A stretch of DNA of 64,000 bases. It comes from Myxococcota bacterium. GTDB taxonomy: Bacteria > Myxococcota > B64-G9. The position numbers and the translations under genes were made by a program. Below the pieces are notes generated by a model. It was given only the letters and a program-made list of their open reading frames with translations, had not been told where the DNA came from and did no database searches. Of this stretch, positions 54,900 to 64,000 are shown in pieces. Location: assembly GCA_035528415.1 (NCBI GenBank), contig DATKYQ010000002.1, positions 8,176 through 72,175 of the forward strand, read 5' to 3'. Every line of letters starts with the position of its first letter. Position 1 is the stretch's first letter.

Positions 54900-55943
54900 T
54901 TGCCGCGCAGCCTGAAAGAGATAGCGAATCTTTTGGGCGCCGATCTGGTGGGCGCCGACAAGAGCGTCTCCGGAGTGGCCGCGCTGGATGATGCCGGGCC
55001 GGACGACCTGTCTATTTTTTTAGGCACGCGAAACGCGGCCGCGCTGGATGGCACCCGGGCGGGCGCGCTGATCATAGCCCGCCGCGCACAGGCCGGGCTT
55101 GCTGACGGCCGGGCCGTGCATTGCCCCGTGCTGGTGGTCGAAGACCCCCGCCTGGCGTTGTCCAGGGTCCTGGATCTCTTTTACCCGGACGAGCCTTGCC
55201 AACCGGGCGTGTTACCCGGGGCGCTGGTCGACGCGCGGGCCGTGGTTGATGAACGAGCGCGGGTCGAGCCGGGCGCCAGGATCGAGCCCGGGGCGCGGGT
55301 GGGAGCGGGTACGCGTATTGGAAGCGGGACGGTCTTGTGCCGAGACGTGTTGGTGGGAGACGATTGCCGCCTGGGCAGAAACGTCGTGGTGCGCCGGCGC
55401 TGTCGGCTGGGCAACCGCGTCAGGCTGGGCGACGGCGTGGTGATCGGCTCGCGCGGCTTCGGTTTTGCAAACCTGGATCAAGCGCAAGCGGGAAAGCGCG
55501 CCGTTTCAATCAAACAGATCGGTACGGTGGTCATCGAAGACGACGTCGAGATCGGCGCCAACTCGACGGTCGACCGCGCAACGCTCGGCGCGACGCGTAT
55601 CGGAAGGGGTACCAAGATAGACAACCTGGTACAGGTGGGGCACAACGTCGTCATCGGCCGCGATGTGATCATTGCCGCCCAGACGGGGCTCTCGGGCAGC
55701 GTGTGTATCGGCGACGGAGCGCTTTTGGGCGGTCAGGTAGGGGTTGCCGACCACGTCACCATCGGGGCCGGAGCCCAGGTTGGATCCAAGTCGGGAGTGG
55801 GAAGCGATGTGCCTGCCGGCAGCCGTGTCGCCGGTTACCCGGCCGTGCCCGTCGGTCAGTGGTTGAGGGACTTTTTCTACAGGTACCGGCGCCCATCGTG
55901 CCGGCGTCCAGGCGCGGGAGATCCTGACGGGGAGAAGAAATGA
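54900..55943 (+). CDS. lpxD: UDP-3-O-acylglucosamine N-acyltransferase
   Basis: TTG start. Left-handed beta-helix hexapeptide repeats. Conserved position after skp. Confidence 0.85.
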   Translation: MPRSLKEIANLLGADLVGADKSVSGVAALDDAGPDDLSIFLGTRNAAALDGTRAGALIIARRAQAGLADGRAVHCPVLVVEDPRLALSRVLDLFYPDEPCQPGVLPGALVDARAVVDERARVEPGARIEPGARVGAGTRIGSGTVLCRDVLVGDDCRLGRNVVVRRRCRLGNRVRLGDGVVIGSRGFGFANLDQAQAGKRAVSIKQIGTVVIEDDVEIGANSTVDRATLGATRIGRGTKIDNLVQVGHNVVIGRDVIIAAQTGLSGSVCIGDGALLGGQVGVADHVTIGAGAQVGSKSGVGSDVPAGSRVAGYPAVPVGQWLRDFFYRYRRPSCRRPGAGDPDGEKK

Positions 55944-56719
55944 CTCTGATTCACCCGACGGCGGTGGTCGATGCCCGGGCCGAACTGGCGCCCGACTGCG
56001 AGATCGGGCCCGGCGCCGTGATCGGCCCGGATGTTCGCATCGGGGCGCGCACCAAGATAGGCCCGTATGCCGTGCTCGACGGGCGGCTGACAATCGGCGC
56101 GGACAACCAGGTTTTCCCCCACGCCGTGCTGGGGACCCCGCCGCAGGATCTGAAATACGCCGAAGAGCCGACCAGCCTGGAAATCGGCGACCGCAACCTG
56201 GTGCGCGAGTTCGTTACCATCCATCGCGGCACGCCGCAATGCGGCGGTGTAACGCGCATCGGTTCGGATGTCTTCCTGATGGCTTATTGCCACGTGGCTC
56301 ACGACAATCTGGTCGGCGATCACGTGGTGGTGGCCAACAGCGTGCAACTTGCCGGGCATGTCGAACTGGGCGAGCACGCCGTGGTAGGAGGCTGTTCGGC
56401 GGTGCACCAGTTCGTGCGGATCGGATCGCACGCCTTCATAGGCGGGGGAAGCGTGGTGGTCATGGACGTGCCGCCCTTCTGCAAGGCCACCGGCAACCGG
56501 GCCCGCCTGCACGGCCTGAACAGCGTAGGAATTTCAAGGCGCGGCTTCGGAAACGAAGAACTGCGCCTGCTGCGCCAGGCCTATCGCCTGGCCTTCCAGT
56601 CCGGCCTGCTGATAACCGAGGCGGCCGAGCGGATAGAGAAAGAGATAGTTCCAAATTGCGCCGCGGCGGCCGTGCTGGCTGCATTCCTGCGTGAATCGAA
56701 GAGAGGAATAACGCGCTAG
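55940..56719 (+). CDS. lpxA: Acyl-ACP--UDP-N-acetylglucosamine O-acyltransferase
   Basis: [17 protein letters not shown]-terminus. Hexapeptide repeats. C-terminal alpha-helical domain. Confidence 0.9.
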   Translation: MTLIHPTAVVDARAELAPDCEIGPGAVIGPDVRIGARTKIGPYAVLDGRLTIGADNQVFPHAVLGTPPQDLKYAEEPTSLEIGDRNLVREFVTIHRGTPQCGGVTRIGSDVFLMAYCHVAHDNLVGDHVVVANSVQLAGHVELGEHAVVGGCSAVHQFVRIGSHAFIGGGSVVVMDVPPFCKATGNRARLHGLNSVGISRRGFGNEELRLLRQAYRLAFQSGLLITEAAERIEKEIVPNCAAAAVLAAFLRESKRGITR

Positions 56720-56729
56720 ACCACTCTCC

Positions 56730-57302
56730 CTATTCGGGATGGCAAGTGAAAATGGGGGTGTCGCCGTCGGGGCCGCCGGTCAGGGTGAAGCTGACCACGG
56801 CGTTTTCCCAGGCGGCCTTTATGCCGGGCAGGATCTTCTTGAAGTTTTCACAGGTGATCAGGTTGGAAGCCACCAACACTTTGTATTTGGTGCCGGATGG
56901 GCAGGAGATTTGGATCCCCAGGCCCCTGGGCTCGTCCCAGTAGACACCCAGCGAGGTCGTCAGGGTTCGCCGGTCGGAACTGTTTTCGCAAAAAGACATG
57001 CAGATCGCATCGTCTTTGTGAATCTCGAAGTTCCAGCGGTAGTAGTCCATGTTCGCAAGGTCTATCGGGTTGAGAAAAACTATCTGCGTTCCATCCGTGA
57101 AGTCGCACTGCGTGCCGTCTGCGGAAAGGGTGCCTATGTCGTCCGTGGGGTGCAGGCAGTCTGCTGCCGCTGTCAGGCTTGCCTTCCAGCAGTTTTCGCC
57201 GCTGAACCAGTCGCAGCCTATTTCCTCGCCGACGAGTTCGTCCCCGCAGGCGCAGAACGTGGCTGCCAGCAAGAAGCAGGCGGCGACGGCGGTAAGTTTC
57301 AT
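56730..57302 (-). CDS. Hypothetical lipoprotein
   Basis: Signal and lipobox MKLTAVAACFLLAATFCAC. Cys-rich. No recognisable domain. Confidence 0.5.
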   Translation of the reverse strand: MKLTAVAACFLLAATFCACGDELVGEEIGCDWFSGENCWKASLTAAADCLHPTDDIGTLSADGTQCDFTDGTQIVFLNPIDLANMDYYRWNFEIHKDDAICMSFCENSSDRRTLTTSLGVYWDEPRGLGIQISCPSGTKYKVLVASNLITCENFKKILPGIKAAWENAVVSFTLTGGPDGDTPIFTCHPE

Positions 57303-57303
57303 C

Positions 57304-57591
57304 CTATTCGAGATCGATCACGTTACAGGTAATGGTGCGGATAACGCCCTCGATCATCTGGATATGCGAGTACGAAATCTTTCCCACGGCGTTGACATCA
57401 TCGGCCTCGACCAAGGCGATCAGATCGTACTGCCCGGTGACGGCATGGGCGGTCTTGACACCCGCGGTGGTGGTGAGCTTCTTGAGGATGCTGGGAACCG
57501 TGCCGGCCGCTCCCTCGATGAGGATATATGCTCTCGCTGCCATGGCTTCCTCCACTCGGTTTATGAACGCCCAACCGTACCCTTGGGCCAA
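57304..57591 (-). CDS. Stand-alone Lrp/AsnC ligand-binding (RAM) domain protein
   Basis: 95 aa. AYILIEGAAGTVPSILKKL...VTGQYDLIALVEADD pattern typical of the AsnC C-terminal domain. No HTH. Confidence 0.45.
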   Translation of the reverse strand: MAQGYGWAFINRVEEAMAARAYILIEGAAGTVPSILKKLTTTAGVKTAHAVTGQYDLIALVEADDVNAVGKISYSHIQMIEGVIRTITCNVIDLE

Positions 57592-57683
57592 TCAAAAGGC
57601 AAGGGATTTTACAGATCCATCGATTGACGAATCGGCGCAAGAGGTGGCAAGATGATGGCGTGCAGATCACGAAAAACGGCTTG

Positions 57684-58640
57684 ATGATTTTAATTGTTGT
57701 CCTGGTGCTAATCCCGGGTTGTTCTGAGGAGCAGTCCCGGCAGGCGGACGAGACGGGCGGCAGGCGGATCGCCGAGGACATAGTGGCCAAGGTCAACGGA
57801 GTTGCGATTTTACGTAAGGAATATGTGAGCGCCCTGCGCCAGGCAGAACAGGATTACAGGCCAAATAGCGGCCAGCTTACAGAGCGCGAGAAAGACGTGC
57901 TCGGCAAGCGCATCCTGCACAAGATGATCCAGGACGAGTTGCTCTCGCAGCACGCCCTGGCGGAGGGGCTGAGCGTCACCCGCGAGGAGATCGAGGCGCG
58001 CTTCGAAGAGATCAAGAGGCAGGGCGGCGGGGACGAGGCCTTCGCGGCTTTCGTCGCGCGCCGCGGTCTCGATCCCGCTCGCATCCGGGCCAACCTCGAG
58101 CGCAACCTGCTGATCGAGAGATTGGCGGCCAAGATCAAGGCCGGGCAGAAAGTGGACCCTCAGGAGATCGCCGGCTACTACAAGTCTCACCTGCAAGAAT
58201 TCCGTGAGCCGGGCGAGGTGGATCTGGCGCATATTCTTTTTCGCGCTGGAGGGCAGGGCAATGATCCCGAGACGCGGGTTGGGCGCGTACGCTCTGAGAT
58301 TGCCGCCGGCATGTCGTTTGCCGCAGCCGCCGGTAAGTACTCCGACGACTCCGCAACGCGCGAGCAGGGCGGCAATCTCGGTACGCTGAAGCAGGGCGAG
58401 ATGATCGAGTCCATGGAGAAGGCCGCTTTCTCTGTGCCGCCGGGACAGGTGAGCCAGCCCGTGCGCGGCCCGTCGGGGGTGCATCTGCTGATGGTGCAGG
58501 CGGTTCGTCCCGGCAGGACGCGCTCTTTGCAGGAAGCCGGGCAGCAGATTCTTACAAAGATTCTCGATACACGAGTGCAAAATAAGATGACTGAGCTCGC
58601 AGCCGGCCTGGCCGAGCAAGGCAGAGTAGAGACTCCCTGA
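57684..58640 (+). CDS. SurA-like peptidyl-prolyl cis-trans isomerase (parvulin/PpiC type) lipoprotein
   Basis: Lipobox LIPGC. SurA-N-like region. Parvulin domain (ILFRAGG...GNLGTLKQGEMIESMEKAAFSVPPGQVSQPVRGPSGVHLLMV). The six-frame ORF starts at TTG 57624; ATG 57684 is preferred. Confidence 0.7.
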   Translation: MILIVVLVLIPGCSEEQSRQADETGGRRIAEDIVAKVNGVAILRKEYVSALRQAEQDYRPNSGQLTEREKDVLGKRILHKMIQDELLSQHALAEGLSVTREEIEARFEEIKRQGGGDEAFAAFVARRGLDPARIRANLERNLLIERLAAKIKAGQKVDPQEIAGYYKSHLQEFREPGEVDLAHILFRAGGQGNDPETRVGRVRSEIAAGMSFAAAAGKYSDDSATREQGGNLGTLKQGEMIESMEKAAFSVPPGQVSQPVRGPSGVHLLMVQAVRPGRTRSLQEAGQQILTKILDTRVQNKMTELAAGLAEQGRVETP

Positions 58641-58735
58641 GCAATATTCCCGGCGCTTTTATATTGGCAGAAATTGCCGCAGAGGGTAAAATAGTTTCTT
58701 TGTAAATACCGAAAAGGGTTTCGAGGGAGATCAAT

Positions 58736-60796
58736 ATGAAAAAGGGTTTTGTTGCCGTTCTTTCGCTGATAGCAGGCTTGGTTATCGGCTCGTGCGGGGC
58801 GGAGAGCATCGAGGAGACTGAATATTTCGGTAAGTTCGATCTGGCTAACGACTTCGACAAGGCCGACGGCATGGGAAACACAGCGGTGCCGTCTTCAGCC
58901 GACAATTCGGACACCGCCGTCTGGGAGGTTCGTAACGACTGGGGCGACAGCGACACGGTCGAGGCACGCAAGGCAGGTCTGGCCTGGGATGCGAACAGCG
59001 GCCTGGACTGGAACGAGAAGTATACCCTGTGGATCGAAAACATGCGCAAGATTGACTCAGCTACCGGATCATACGGTTACAAGACTTTCCAGGTAACTAA
59101 TCCCCAGGGAAAGACGATTCCGGCCCCGGTGCTGGAATGCGCGGAGACGGCCTACTTTTTACGGGCCACCTTCGCTTCCTGGTATTACCTGCCGTTTTTT
59201 GTCGAGGCGGTCGACAGCGACGGTACGCGGGTTTTCATGGGACACTTCGGCTGGCGCACGGCCCAGGGAAGATACAAGAACTCCAACCTGTTCAAAAGCT
59301 GGTACAAGGATTACACCGGCGGCAACTACTCAGCCGACAACTGGCCGCGCGACATCAAACTGCGGGCCAAGAAGCTCTACGGCTCGGACGACGACTTCCA
59401 GCCCTTCATCGACGCGGATGCCCGGGCCGGGGCCTACTTCGACGAGCTGTTTCTCAACAAGCGCGTGGGCCATTTCTTGATCCTGCTGCTTTCCAACTTC
59501 GGCTCGATTCACCTGGCCGACAGCGCCAACACCTTCAACATCAAACCCGAGGCGATCCGCGAGGGAGACGTTTTGCTCGAGCGCTGGCAGCGGCGCGGCA
59601 TCGGGCACACCCTGGTGGTCAAGAATGTCCAGGACGGGCAGAACCCCGGCACGCTGATGGCCGAACTGGTTTCCGGTTCGATGCCACGGCGCCAGCCCAA
59701 GTGGGAGGATCCCACCGCCTCCAAGCGCTATTTCACCTCCGACCAGACCGGCGGGGTGGGAAGCAACTACTCGGGCGACGAGTACGCCAAGATGGGCGGC
59801 GGCCTGAAACGCTGGCGGGTAGCCCGGGCACTGGAGGGATGGTACACGAATACCATCCTGCCCGAGGACGTGAATAACTGGGTTTCCTCTACCGATTACG
59901 CTGCCATCGCCGCCCGCCCGGCCCAATTCGAAGATCTGCTCGACAAGCTCGATCCCGAAGCCGCCCGCGACGCCTTGTTGCTGGTAATAGAGGACAAGCG
60001 CCTCCACCTCAGGGATCACCCGGCCTCCTGCTCGGCGCGCCTCGGGCGCGAGGAGGCCTTTACAGATCTGTACGACCTGATGCAGGAGCACTTCTACATG
60101 GACAAGGAGGAGGTCGACAAGCAGTATCGAGTAGTCGACGACTATGTCTTCGCCGAACTGGAGTACAGCATTTCCAAGACCTGCTGCTGGAACAGCACTA
60201 CCCATGGCATGTACGAGATCATCATGGACTACGAGCAGAACTTTCTTCAGTTGGGTGACGACTGCCGGCCACCGGTCGTGTTCATGAACGACAACGGCTA
60301 CGATGTCTTCCGGCAACACGCCGTGGAGATGGGCCGTGGCGACGAGTGGGTCGACTGGTCCGAGGACGAGGCCTGCTCCCAGCGCGACGTGGCCACGGAC
60401 ACCGAGGTCGTTCACTCCTGGACTCCCTACTGCACGACGTTCGCTCCCAGCGGCTGTCAGGCGGATCGTTTCGAGCCCAACAACAGCCGCGAGGATGCGG
60501 CGGCCATCAGCGACGGTTCCAGCACCGGCTTGACGGTCTGCGGGGGCGAGGAAGACTGGTACTGGGTGCGCCCGGGCCCGGGCGCCCTGAACGCCTCGAT
60601 ATACTTTATAAGCGCCGACGGCGATCTGGACATGAAGCTCTACGACAGCCAGGGCAACCAGGTCGAGAACTCGGCGGGGACCGGCGACTCAGAGAGCGTC
60701 GAGCACCAGGTCAGCGAAGAGGACGACTACTACATCGTGGTTTTCGGCTACAACGGCGCGGAGAATACCTACGACATCAACCTGACGGTTCCATGA
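58736..60796 (+). CDS. Secreted lipoprotein with unknown N-terminal domain (possible papain-like Cys/His fold) and C-terminal PPC domain
   Basis: Signal and lipobox MKKGFVAVLSLIAGLVIGSC. C-terminal PPC motif EEDWYWVRP...DLDMKLYDSQG...YYIVVFGY. Candidate catalytic Cys (ECAETAYF) and His (GIGHTLVV) are inference only. Confidence 0.65.
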   Translation: MKKGFVAVLSLIAGLVIGSCGAESIEETEYFGKFDLANDFDKADGMGNTAVPSSADNSDTAVWEVRNDWGDSDTVEARKAGLAWDANSGLDWNEKYTLWIENMRKIDSATGSYGYKTFQVTNPQGKTIPAPVLECAETAYFLRATFASWYYLPFFVEAVDSDGTRVFMGHFGWRTAQGRYKNSNLFKSWYKDYTGGNYSADNWPRDIKLRAKKLYGSDDDFQPFIDADARAGAYFDELFLNKRVGHFLILLLSNFGSIHLADSANTFNIKPEAIREGDVLLERWQRRGIGHTLVVKNVQDGQNPGTLMAELVSGSMPRRQPKWEDPTASKRYFTSDQTGGVGSNYSGDEYAKMGGGLKRWRVARALEGWYTNTILPEDVNNWVSSTDYAAIAARPAQFEDLLDKLDPEAARDALLLVIEDKRLHLRDHPASCSARLGREEAFTDLYDLMQEHFYMDKEEVDKQYRVVDDYVFAELEYSISKTCCWNSTTHGMYEIIMDYEQNFLQLGDDCRPPVVFMNDNGYDVFRQHAVEMGRGDEWVDWSEDEACSQRDVATDTEVVHSWTPYCTTFAPSGCQADRFEPNNSREDAAAISDGSSTGLTVCGGEEDWYWVRPGPGALNASIYFISADGDLDMKLYDSQGNQVENSAGTGDSESVEHQVSEEDDYYIVVFGYNGAENTYDINLTVP

Positions 60797-60809
60797 CCCG
60801 GGGGACGAG

Positions 60810-61808
60810 ATGACACGCCTGGCCCCAATTCTGATTCTGGTAGCGCTTTTGTCGACGCCGCGCGTGCTGGCCCAGTCGGCCCGCGCCGGCTGGAACGCGG
60901 TGACGCTGGACATCAACGGTCAGCCGGAGCCGATCTTCGGCTATCACATTTACTACGGCACAAGCCAGGGCGGGCCATACGACCAGGGTTTCTCAACAGG
61001 CAACGTGATCCAGACACAGGTCGACGACCTGCAAAACGGCCAGACCTACTACTTCGTGGTCACGGCTCTGGACGGGGCCGGCAACGAGAGCGGCAACTCC
61101 AACGAGGACAGCTACACGGTGCCCCAAGAAGACTGCAACAATCTCACAGACGACGATTATGACGGACTGACCGATTGCCAGGACGTTGAATGCCCCGCCG
61201 GCAGCGAGGCCTGCGACGGCTTCGACAACGACTGCGACGGGACGATCGACAACAACCTCAACGCGCCCGCCTGCGCGTTGCAGGATGGCGTTTGCGCGGG
61301 TTCCAGACAGCCTTGCGGCGGCGCTTCGGGGTGGCAGGCCTGCAATGGGTCGACCTACGGAGCGGACTTCCAGGCCGACGAGACGGCCTGTGACGGTCTG
61401 GACAACGACTGTGACGGCTCTACGGACGAGGATTGCACATGCACTCCGAATGACAGCCGCCCGTGCTCGATCGACGTCGGCGAGTGTAGCGCGGGAGTTC
61501 AGGTGTGCGCTGCAAGCGCAATGTGGGGCGCCTGCAGCGGCAAACTGCCCGGGAACGAAGCCTGTGACGGGCTGGACAACGACTGTGACGGGCTGACGGA
61601 CGAAGACCAGGTATGCCAGACGAACGATGGCGGCGTTGACGGAGGCGGTGACGCGGGCAGCGACGCGGGCAGCGACGCGGGCCAGAACGGATCGGATAAT
61701 TCGACCACGGTTATCGGCGGCTGCCAGTGTGGTTCCGAAACCAACGGGGGCCGCGGTCTTTGGCTGCTGGGCCTGCTTTTGGTGTTCACACTCCGCCGGA
61801 GAGATTGA
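60810..61808 (+). CDS. Secreted FN3-domain protein with four CDGxDNDCDGxxDE (MopE-like putative metal-binding) repeats and MYXO-CTERM sorting signal
   Basis: Signal peptide. FN3-like GYHIYYGTSQGGPY...YYFVVTALDGAGNES. Four CDG(F/L)DNDCDG motifs. C-terminal GGCQCGSETNGGRGLWLLGLLLVFTLRRRD (Gly-Cys motif, TM helix, Arg cluster). Confidence 0.75.
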   Translation: MTRLAPILILVALLSTPRVLAQSARAGWNAVTLDINGQPEPIFGYHIYYGTSQGGPYDQGFSTGNVIQTQVDDLQNGQTYYFVVTALDGAGNESGNSNEDSYTVPQEDCNNLTDDDYDGLTDCQDVECPAGSEACDGFDNDCDGTIDNNLNAPACALQDGVCAGSRQPCGGASGWQACNGSTYGADFQADETACDGLDNDCDGSTDEDCTCTPNDSRPCSIDVGECSAGVQVCAASAMWGACSGKLPGNEACDGLDNDCDGLTDEDQVCQTNDGGVDGGGDAGSDAGSDAGQNGSDNSTTVIGGCQCGSETNGGRGLWLLGLLLVFTLRRRD

Positions 61809-64000
61809 TTACAATCTCGCGATCGTCAATGGTGTCCACCCGGCGGCAAAAATCCCTGAAAGCTGGATAGTCGGCGGGAGCTACGCGGCCCGCCTTCACT
61901 AAGAGCGTTTTTTCGATTGTCATCAGATCGTCTTGCGCGCCTGACCTGTATGAGAACTTGCTCAACGGTGCTGCGAAGTCTGCCGGAGGCGGTAGTTGCG
62001 GCCGGGCACCTTTCGGCAGCCTGAGCACGACACTGGTTGCTGTGCGGGTCTCTGCGCCTATCATCAACGGCAGCGATCTGGATTGGCTGTGGGCCAGGCC
62101 CTGCCCCAGTCGGTAGGGATAGAATCCCTCGCGAATGACGAGGGAGCCTGCCTGCAGGTGCGCAAAGCCGGGTACGTTCAAATCGTATTCGATCACCAGC
62201 GGCAGGTCGGGGTTGGCCAGGTTGCGGATTTTATAGCTTTCCAGCCTGGCCCCGCTGAAGTAGTTGCCCAGGCCGGCCTCGAGCGCCTGCCTGCGCCGGT
62301 TGGGGCTGAAGGACGAGAGCAGGGCGCGGAAAGCCGGGGCCTGGGCGGTTGGAATGCTCTCCGTTCCCCGGCCGGAAAGATCGCCGCTTGCCGCAAGCGT
62401 CATCTCCAATCTAATGCTCCTGATTAAAGGCTGGCCGTGACTTGCCGGAAGTCTGGCGAAGGGACCGGCACCGGCCGAGGAGGTGGCCTCGACGGCCTGC
62501 CCGCCGGCCACAAAGGGATAGAGAACATCGAAGGCATTGAAGCGCGCGCCGGGATCCATCCAGAAAGTGTGTCCGCCCGTTGTTACGGCCAAAAGCCCGT
62601 GGCGATAGGTGCCGGGGTTCGGAAAACGGTAGTCCACATGCGAATCGGTTGAAGTGCGCGCCAAATAGACCCGGGGAGAAAGCCCCATCTCGCGCACTAA
62701 GGCCGCAAGCAAGATCAAGCGATTGCCCTCGCGGCGCAGGAGGATGTGCGGGGCGGGCTCGCCGAAGTTGGCAAACTCACCGGCCTGACGGATGTTGCGG
62801 GTGACCCAGTGAAACACTCGTCGCAGGCGCTCCTGTGGATCTCCTTTGCCTGCAATTTGCGAAAGGGCGCGCTTCAGCTCTGGCGCCGGCAGGCAGGCCT
62901 TGTCCAGGCCAATACGCAAGATATCGCGCAGGTCGCTCCAATTCGTTCCGAAGCCGAGCTGGATGAACGGCGCGTATTCGTCGAGCGGGACGGCGTCCGG
63001 CTCGGGCGCGATCAGCGGCAGGTCGTGTTCCCGAAAGACCGCGATCTCGAAGTCGCCCTGATCGCGCACGGCCGGAGCGGGAGTCTTGCCGTGGGCATCG
63101 ATCTCGAGCTTTGCCCCGCGCGGCAGGGCCACCGAGTACAACGAACGGAAGACGGACGTTGCCGGGGCGCGAAAGTACCAGCGCTTGCCGAGCCAACTTC
63201 CGGACCCGTCCACGGGCCCCGTAGACGGCGAGCCCGAGAGTGCCTCGATCTCGACGAAATCTCCGATCTGCAGCTGCTTGAGCGAGATCGAATCTTTTCC
63301 CGGGATGGCCTCGGCGTCAAAGATGCGGCCGTCGGCCTTGATCGTCCGGAGCTTTTCGAGGTTGGCCCCGCTCGCCGGCGGATCGATCTCCCCCCAGCGC
63401 TCGAGCCCGGCGGGTGTGAGCACCCTGGCGATGGTGTGGGTTCTGGCAACGCTCGAACCATCGCGGCCGATCTCGATCGACGTTTGATCGAGCACCAGCG
63501 CCGAGTCTCCCTGCACCACGGTTTGCGATTTGAGGAATTCTTCGATCAGGTCCTTGGCGTCGATCCGCTCTTCACCGACCAGGCGAATGTGGCTCGAACC
63601 GGCGGCGGCGTCAGCCGCCCGCCGGGCCGCGAGATCCCAGGGTGCAAAAGCGACGCGCGCAACCAGCGTCGCCTGTGCCTCGTCTCGTCGCCCCAGGACA
63701 TCAAGCAGGTTCGCGCGTCGGTCGAGTAGACGAGGATCGCGCGTCGCCAAGAGCGAGGCCTCGTCGATAAGTTTCAGGGCATCCCCGGCATGGCTCTGAC
63801 CGGCGAGCAAGTCGCATAAAGCCAGCGTGTTTTCCAGGCGGGCCGGGTTGGCATGCACGGCCGCTTCGAGAATTTCTTGCGCGCGATCTTCTCTTTCGCG
63901 GGCGATCCAGAAATCGGCAAGGCCCTCGAAGATTCCCAGGGCCTCGAGACGCTTAGCCAACTGTGTCGCCCGATCCGCCGAACCGGCGTGCAGTGCCCGT
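61786..64000 (-). CDS. TPR plus transglutaminase-like/DUF3857-type domain protein; N-terminus lies beyond the window end
   Basis: Open to position 64000. TPR-like N-terminal region. Central beta-rich domain and transglutaminase-like segment (...NIRQAGEFANFGEPAPHILLRREGNRLILLAALVREMGL). Confidence 0.6.
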   Translation of the reverse strand, partial: RALHAGSADRATQLAKRLEALGIFEGLADFWIAREREDRAQEILEAAVHANPARLENTLALCDLLAGQSHAGDALKLIDEASLLATRDPRLLDRRANLLDVLGRRDEAQATLVARVAFAPWDLAARRAADAAAGSSHIRLVGEERIDAKDLIEEFLKSQTVVQGDSALVLDQTSIEIGRDGSSVARTHTIARVLTPAGLERWGEIDPPASGANLEKLRTIKADGRIFDAEAIPGKDSISLKQLQIGDFVEIEALSGSPSTGPVDGSGSWLGKRWYFRAPATSVFRSLYSVALPRGAKLEIDAHGKTPAPAVRDQGDFEIAVFREHDLPLIAPEPDAVPLDEYAPFIQLGFGTNWSDLRDILRIGLDKACLPAPELKRALSQIAGKGDPQERLRRVFHWVTRNIRQAGEFANFGEPAPHILLRREGNRLILLAALVREMGLSPRVYLARTSTDSHVDYRFPNPGTYRHGLLAVTTGGHTFWMDPGARFNAFDVLYPFVAGGQAVEATSSAGAGPFARLPASHGQPLIRSIRLEMTLAASGDLSGRGTESIPTAQAPAFRALLSSFSPNRRRQALEAGLGNYFSGARLESYKIRNLANPDLPLVIEYDLNVPGFAHLQAGSLVIREGFYPYRLGQGLAHSQSRSLPLMIGAETRTATSVVLRLPKGARPQLPPPADFAAPLSKFSYRSGAQDDLMTIEKTLLVKAGRVAPADYPAFRDFCRRVDTIDDREIVINLSGGV

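Overview
High-GC (~65%) bacterial chromosome segment, most likely from Myxococcota (delta-proteobacteria-like). Supporting protein signatures read from the translations: a MYXO-CTERM sorting tail, Myxococcus-type cysteine-rich repeats (CxxGxxDCDxDxxNGCE), CDGxDNDCDG MopE-like repeats, thrombospondin type-3 repeats and PEGA domains. Housekeeping backbone in order: gap-pgk-tpiA-secG; a divergent exbB-exbD-exbD-tonB-TPR Ton operon; tRNA-Leu(GAG); phoH - 7TM-HD (PgpH-like) - ybeY - lnt; an ABC-2 transporter; prfB (with its programmed +1 frameshift) and lysS; lolE-lolD-bamA-skp-lpxD-lpxA. Accessory or unusual content: (1) a ~1.5 kb low-GC (~48-52%) island between the ABC-2 permease and prfB that carries an AbiEi/AbiEii-like (type IV TA / abortive infection) pair with a palindromic operator; (2) a 1,553-aa thrombospondin-type-3-repeat lipoprotein with PPC domains immediately upstream of an Oar-like TonB-dependent receptor and next to the Ton operon; (3) an uncharacterised membrane module just downstream of tRNA-Leu: a large charged/TPR/multi-TM/zinc-ribbon protein plus a DUF4388-like/TM/GspG-pseudopilin-like fusion; (4) a cluster of exported proteins at the 3' end (papain-like protein with PPC tail, FN3 + MopE-repeat protein with MYXO-CTERM, transglutaminase-like protein). 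No CRISPR array, rRNA or obvious transposase was seen. Many long ORFs in the six-frame track are alternative-frame shadows typical of high-GC DNA and were rejected.
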